From: Octopus vulgaris
Taxonomy: Eukaryota
Assembly: GCA_951406725.2 (NCBI GenBank)
Contig: OX597814.1
Span: 19,344,001 to 19,408,000 of the forward strand
Direction: 5' to 3'
Length of the DNA stretch: 64,000 nucleotides
In this document: positions 57,801 to 64,000 of the stretch, one piece after another
Layout of the letters: every line of letters starts with the position of its first letter
How positions within the stretch are numbered: position 1 is the stretch's first letter
The notes under the pieces: model-generated
Database searches by the model: none
Told to the model about the DNA's origin: nothing
Seen by the model: only the letters and a program-made list of their open reading frames with translations
Translations under genes and position numbers: made by a program

Positions 57801-58344
57801 AACCATAACAATTACTAAGAGTACATGATGCCTCGTATAAAATTTGGTGAAGACTGACTATCCCGTTGCGTACTTTGTGTACTTTCAATAATTTATGTTA
57901 TACATTCGTCAGTGAATATGATACGCAGCTCAACATTTTATAACCAAAAGAAAAGAAAACAGACTAAGATAGTTGAGTGATGATGGAATTTCATTTGACA
58001 ACCCTAACACTTAAGTGGAACTGGAAAATGATCTTGTTAAAATATCACCAATGTCAGAATGTGCTTCACAAAGCATGTACTATGCATTCTCTAGCTAACA
58101 GTTTGCAACAAGGAAACCTATGCTAGGTCGCCCAATATGCTTGAAATAACAACTGATTTTCCGCAAATCATATTTTATAGGCTTAGAAAACCACACATTG
58201 GAAAATGTAGTCCTGAGTTCGTTGGACCATGGAAAAACGATGAGATGGTCATGAAATTACGTTTTATGCCTTCCGATACGTATTTACCATTGGACCAACA
58301 TTTCCTGTGTTGCTGATTTTGCATTCAAGCTTTCTCATCCTTAC

Positions 58345-58592
58345 GCTTTAACTCTTCTACTTCTTTCAGTCATTTGACTGTGGCCACGCTTTTAGCACCG
58401 ATTTTAGTCGAGCAAATCGACCCCAGGACTTATTCTTTGTGAGCCTAGTACTTATTCTATCCGTCTCTTTTGCCGATTTTAGTCGTGCAAATCGACCCCA
58501 GGACTTATTCTTTGTGAACCTAGTACTTATTCTATCCGTCTCTTTTGCCGAACCGCTAAGTTACGGGGACGTAAACACAACAGCATCCGTCG
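58345..58592 (-). mobile_element. SINE family A 3' part with an internal tandem duplication
   Basis: CCGATTTTAGTCG..CAAATCGACCCCAGGACTTATTC...CTCTTTTGCCGA occurs twice. Confidence 0.82.
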
Positions 58593-58786
58593 CAAAATCA
58601 ATAAGGACCCTACCAAGATCTTCATTTCATTTTACTACGACGATTTTACGATATTCTCAAATGCTAGAACTGATAGATAACTTGCTATGCGCTTTGAAAG
58701 CGGCAACTCCTTTCAGAAATTTCGTTAGCTCGCTTGGAAAAATCGTAATGTTAAAATAAGAATAAGTTATCCCATTATTGATGTGA

Positions 58787-59545
58787 GGGCAGCGAGCTGG
58801 CAGAAACGTTAGCACGCTGGACAAATGCTTGGCGGTATTTCGTCTGCCGTTACGTTCTGAGTTCAAATTCCGCCGAGGTCGACTTTTCCTTTCATCCTTT
58901 CGGCGTCGATTAAATAAGTACCAGTTACGCACTGGGGTCGATATAATTGACTTAATCTGTTTGTCTGTCCTTGTTTGTCCTCTCTGTGTTTAGCCCCTTG
59001 TGTGTAGTAAAGAAATAGGTATTTCGTCCGTTGCTACGTTCTGAGTTCAAATTCCGCCGAAGTCGACTTTGCCTTTCATCCTTTCGGCGTCGATTAAATA
59101 AGTACCAGTTACGCACTGGAGTCGATATAATTGACTTAATCTGTTTGTCTGTCCTTGTTTGTCCTCTCTGTGTTTAGCCCCTTGCGTGTAGTAAAGAAAT
59201 AGGTATTTCGTCCGTTGCTACGTTCTGAGTTCAAATTCCGCCGAAGTCGACTTTGCCTTTCATCCTTTCGGCGTCGATTAAATAAGTACCAGTTACGCAC
59301 TGGGGTCGATATAATTGACTTAATCTGTTTGTCTGTCCTTGTTTGTCCTCTCTGTGTTTAGCCCCTTGTGTGTAGTAAAGAAATAGGTATTTCGTCCGTT
59401 GCTACGTTCTGAGTTCAAATTCCGCCGAAGTCGACTTTGCCTTTCATCCTTTCGGCGTCGATTAAATAAGTACCAGTTACGCATTGGGGTCTATGTAACC
59501 GACTTAATCCTCTCCCCGAAGCTGCTCTTGTGGCAAAAATTTCAA
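58787..59545 (+). mobile_element. SINE family C with a 184-bp internal unit tandemly amplified
   Basis: AGAAATAGGTATTTCG at 59011, 59195 and 59379; one head plus about 3.5 bodies. Confidence 0.92.
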
Positions 59546-59954
59546 ATCGTTATTGTATTGATGTTTACCGTAGATTTTACATAGGAATTATCGAGGTATA
59601 TTTGGCATTAGAAGTGTGCACACATGTAAAATTTCATTGAATGACACGACCCTGTATTATGATACCCACGAAATGCATAAGAAACTCTGAAAAAGGTTGG
59701 AACTGTTGACCACAATCCTCCCTCAAAGACTGCATCTTCTGCAATGTGCCATGATCACGTGGTCGTGTAATTAGCATTAGCCCTTAGCTGATTTATTTAT
59801 ATATCATAAATGGATGACGGACAAAGTTGTCCACGACAGGATTTGAACACAAGTTAAAGAACTGTAAATTAATAATGCAAACTATTTTGTATTCTCCAGA
59901 CTACTGACAATGCTGCAACAGCCGTCGACCTAACCTGAACATTACATGCGTTTA

Positions 59955-60036
<82 letters not shown>

Positions 60037-60083
60037 TGTATGTATGTATGTATGTATGTATGTATTATATATATGTATGTATG

Positions 60084-60178
<95 letters not shown>

Positions 60179-60926
60179 GTGTGTGTGTGTGTGTGTGACT
60201 GTGTATTTGCTTCAGTCCCATCTCCATTCATATAAATATATGTAAGTAACTATGTATGTAAGAACGTACGTGCCAACAATGTTAAGAATTACAGAACATC
60301 GATGCACATATGCTAAATATTTTCCGCTTACAACAGTAAGAAAACATCCATAACATGAACTGATTTCAAAACAAATGGTCTCCTAAATAGTAATATAACG
60401 AGTAGCAGGAACTAATTAATCTCATCTTTTGTCACTTGTCTTCTGTTTGTCTTCCTGCATCTTTGATAGATTATGTCCTTGCCGACATTATCACTGTAAA
60501 GAGGTATATCATTAAGTAAGGTTCCGGTTTTAACGCATCTCTACGAGATATTGCGAAACATTAGGCAATATTGCTACATATAAACATATACAAACTGTGG
60601 CAAAGCGTTTAGAAAATAGGTTTGAAGCTAAATAGTTCCGTACTCGATCTACGAGCGCGGTCTATTGTTGAAGCGTCTTCTGTTATAGTATGGTTTGTGA
60701 TTGAGTTATTTTAGAATTTTGTTGCTGGAAAACATAAATGTGCAGAAGCACTTCTTTAACATACATCCATAAACACACACACATACACACACACGCACTT
60801 ATACATACAGATAAGTATGTTTAGAGTTTATGCATGTAACCATACACACACACACACACATATATGTGTGTGTGTGTGTGTGTGTTTGTGTGTATATATT
60901 TCCGTGCATGTGTGCATGTGTCTTTA

Positions 60927-60969
<43 letters not shown>

Positions 60970-61237
60970 TGAGATAGGGGTTGTAAATGCAACCCTCGAT
61001 GGGATAACATATATCCATTGCTTATATTTATATTCTCTTTTATATATATTCTACTTATTATACAACATTACTCTTTTATGTACACTTTTTTATGTACTTT
61101 CCTTTATGTACACTGATTTGTTCTGCTTTTTATATTTAACCCTACAGTCTCTTATGTGGTGGTTTAATAAAGTATGTGATTGAGTATTATCTGATAATTG
61201 ATATTTGATTTAGATGTATTTCTCTAATTTCTTATCT

Positions 61238-61266
<29 letters not shown>

Positions 61267-61274
<8 letters not shown>

Positions 61275-61703
61275 ATTCGAGACAAAACCACTATTTTAAA
61301 ACCAAACAAGGAAAGACTTAATCAATACATAAAATTTTAATATAAATTAAATAAACCGCCACTACAAATGTTTCATGTCTGCTCCGACAATCTTCAGGTG
61401 GATTTTCGATCTTCTAATCAGTATCAAATTTTGATACTGATTTTGATCAATATCAAATTTTGATACTGATTAGAAGATCGAAAATCCACCTGAAGATTGT
61501 CGGAGCTGACATGAAACATTTGTAGTGGCGGTTTATTTAATTTATATTAAAATTTTATGTATTGATTAAGTCTTTCCTTGTTTGGTTTTAAAATAGTGGT
61601 TTTGTCTCGAATTATATTATATAATATTTTACTATAAAATTGGATTTAACCCTAAATCTGATTTTTCCCTGTAATTTTGGATTCATTCCCTAATATTTAT
61701 TAT

Positions 61704-61705
<2 letters not shown>
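61267..61705. mobile_element. Probable PLE-derived insertion in (TA)n containing a ~350-bp near-perfect palindrome (61267-61620)
   Basis: Arms of about 170 bp are near-identical and each carries a hammerhead. Confidence 0.8.
61486..61528 (+). ncRNA. Type I hammerhead ribozyme motif (mirror copy at 61359-61401 on the minus strand)
   Basis: ccac-CTGAAGA-ttgtc-ggagct-gacat-GAAA-catttg-TA-gtgg. Confidence 0.8.
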
Positions 61706-61740
<35 letters not shown>

Positions 61741-61965
61741 TTATATGGAGAGTTTACGAAAAAAAAACAAAAAACGAAGACAGGTGGTGTACAAAACAAA
61801 CAGATGTATTAGTATAACGTTCAGGAATAGAAAAGTCTTTTTCGTTTCGAGCCTACGCTCTTCTACAGAAACGGACACAGAAAAAAAAAAACAAAGAGAG
61901 AATCAAGGAGAGAAAAAAAATGTGTGTAGTAGCTAACGATCTATCATGGCATATATGTGCGTGTG

Positions 61966-62265
61966 TACGAGGTTAAGTCCATAAACTTGCTTATTTTATC
62001 GGAGGAGAAGGATTTTGGCTGCTCGCACAGCCATTTATGCATCGCTTCCTGTACCTTTTCGTCTGTAGCCAATCGAGGATCTTGTAAATAACCGTTTGAG
62101 CAGTTCAAAGAGCTGATAGTTGAAAAGGACGAGATTCAGACTGAATGCAAACTGTTGCAGCAATTCGATATCCAAATTTTCAATGCTTTCAACTGTGAAT
62201 AGCCGTATGTGGTGTTCATTACCGTGGAACGATAATGGTCTTTTTGATAATAGACCTCAGCGTTT
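61966..62265 (-). pseudogene. Mariner transposase C-terminal remnant
   Basis: GLLSKRPLSFHGN..H...TVESIENLDIELL..(F)SLNL..NYQLF..LK / DPRLATDEKVQEAMHKWLCEQPKSF follows the HDNARPH...YSPDLAPSDYHLF pattern. Ends at a TACGAGG TIR-like terminus. Confidence 0.75.
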
Positions 62266-62331
62266 GGTGCCTTTTAGTTATTATTATTATAGAGAGGTTA
62301 TATGTGTGTATGCTCACAAATGTCCCTGAGC

Positions 62332-62431
62332 NNNNNNNNNNNNNNNNNNNNNNNNNNNNNNNNNNNNNNNNNNNNNNNNNNNNNNNNNNNNNNNNNNNNN
62401 NNNNNNNNNNNNNNNNNNNNNNNNNNNNNNN
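62332..62431. other. Assembly gap (100 N)
   Basis: Run of N. Confidence 1.
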
Positions 62432-62582
62432 AGGTTCGAAATTTTCCCAAGACACCTGAAGAAGGCTGGAGAGTATATCAGCCGAAACGTTGTTAACAAC
62501 AAACAAGATGAGGACAAATATCCGTCGAATGTAAATAATGTAAATAATGTACATAATTCCTCATCTCTTAAATTTAGTACTG
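62432..62582 (+). mobile_element. Second copy of the 3' (hammerhead) part of the 54815-55290 element
   Basis: Near-identical to 55138-55290. Hammerhead gacac-CTGAAGAA-ggctg...cagcc-GAAACGTT-gtt at 62451-62494. Confidence 0.85.
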
Positions 62583-62893
62583 TATTGAACTGCTGAGTTA
62601 TCTTCACAACAATTCTAGTGGTTAGGCATGTTCCAATCACGATCATGAAATCGTAGTTTCGGGTCTCTGACCGGCTATGCGTTATCTTCTTGGGCAAATC
62701 ATTTCATTTTTACGTTGCTCCAGTCAGTCCACCAGCAGTAAATAGGTAACCCAGCGAAGGACTGACAAGCTTTTCGATCAGTGCTTCTTCAACCAGCCAG
62801 CGGTGTGGATGTTATTCCAAAGCTAAAATGATACAAAATATATTTTCACCAGCAATATGTAACAAAGATCCGATAGTGTAATCGATCACGTTA

Positions 62894-63406
62894 TCTATAT
62901 ATATAAAACTGTAGTTGTGTGAGTGTCTGTCCCCTTCGATTTAGATTCCTAACTACTCCCACATTTTGCGGTGCAGTTTAACCAAATTCGGGTATCTTAT
63001 AGTCGTGATTCATATCGAGCCCGTCTGGCTATTAGCGCGCGTCTACGATGAGTCTACGATTTTAAAAATAATTTAACATCATTTTTTATTCCATTTTAAT
63101 GCATAATTTTTCGTGTGTCGATGGCGGCGGAGTTGGCGTCCATGGTCACACCTGCACCTGTTTGCTTCTCCCCCTTCTTCCCTCCCTCGTGAAGCTGTGG
63201 GGAAGGGAGTGTAAGGAAATCAACGTCGTAAAGCGTTGTCAAGGAGACCAGCGTTCTTTTAGAACAACGACTTCATGGCTTGAAGACACCAAAACAGAAA
63301 TGGCTAAGAAAGCCCGAATTGGCATCTATAAGGGAAGTAACTCTCTAAAAATGCTTATATAGTTATTTCCCTTACAAACCCGAGCAACGCTGGGCGATAC
63401 TGCTAG
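62894..63406 (+). mobile_element. Non-autonomous Helitron
   Basis: A|TC-TATATATATAAAA...CCCGAGCAACGCTGGG...CTAG|T; longer relative of 43480-43778. Confidence 0.82.
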
Positions 63407-63753
63407 TTATATATACGGGTTGTTGGAAACTCTGATTCTGCCTCGGAAATATGTTTCTGAGGAATACTCATACACTTCCCACGATAATTCCAATATTTGG
63501 TCGTTCAGTTGATGGTTCAACTGGATGTTCATCGACGAAGTATTTCAGTTTTTCACAAACACACGCACACACACACTCACACATACACACACACACACAC
63601 ACACGCACACACACGCGCACGCACACACGCACGCACAAATGTACGCTCACGCTCACACAAACACACGTATATAAATATAAGTGTAATTTTGTGTGTGTAT
63701 ATATATATATATATATATAAACATACATATTCATATATATATATCTATCTATC

Positions 63754-63784
<31 letters not shown>

Positions 63785-63808
63785 GTAACATATATATTCA
63801 TACACACT

Positions 63809-63842
<34 letters not shown>

Positions 63843-63858
63843 CACACACACACATATA

Positions 63859-63905
<47 letters not shown>

Positions 63906-64000
63906 GTAACATATATATTCATACACACTCACACACACACACACATATATATATAAATAGAGAGAGAGAGAGAGAGAGAGAGAGCGGGTAGATGTAGAGA

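Overview
This is AT-rich, repeat-saturated eukaryotic (animal) genomic DNA. The SINE set, the microsatellite load and the 5S-like sequence suggest an octopus or other coleoid cephalopod, which is an inference. There is no intact protein-coding gene, and nearly all ORFs in the supplied track are microsatellite or SINE artefacts. The window holds many copies of four tRNA-derived SINE families (working labels A-D), R4/Dong-type LINE pieces sitting in (TAA)n, a probable Tx1/L1 3' end sitting in (GATA)n, Penelope-like element (PLE) RT and GIY-YIG remnants, hAT and Tc1/mariner MITEs, non-autonomous Helitrons, a 5S rRNA pseudogene, a 22-copy 53-bp minisatellite, a 100-N gap and one or two candidate host exons. 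The most notable hidden signal is a set of type I hammerhead ribozyme motifs from at least six unrelated short elements, mostly inverted-repeat (fold-back) insertions in (TA)n. One of them is a TSD-flanked element combining a tRNA-like Pol III head, (AAT)n and a hammerhead tail (54815-55290). A SINE-spacer-SINE composite also occurs twice, about 23 kb apart in inverted orientation.
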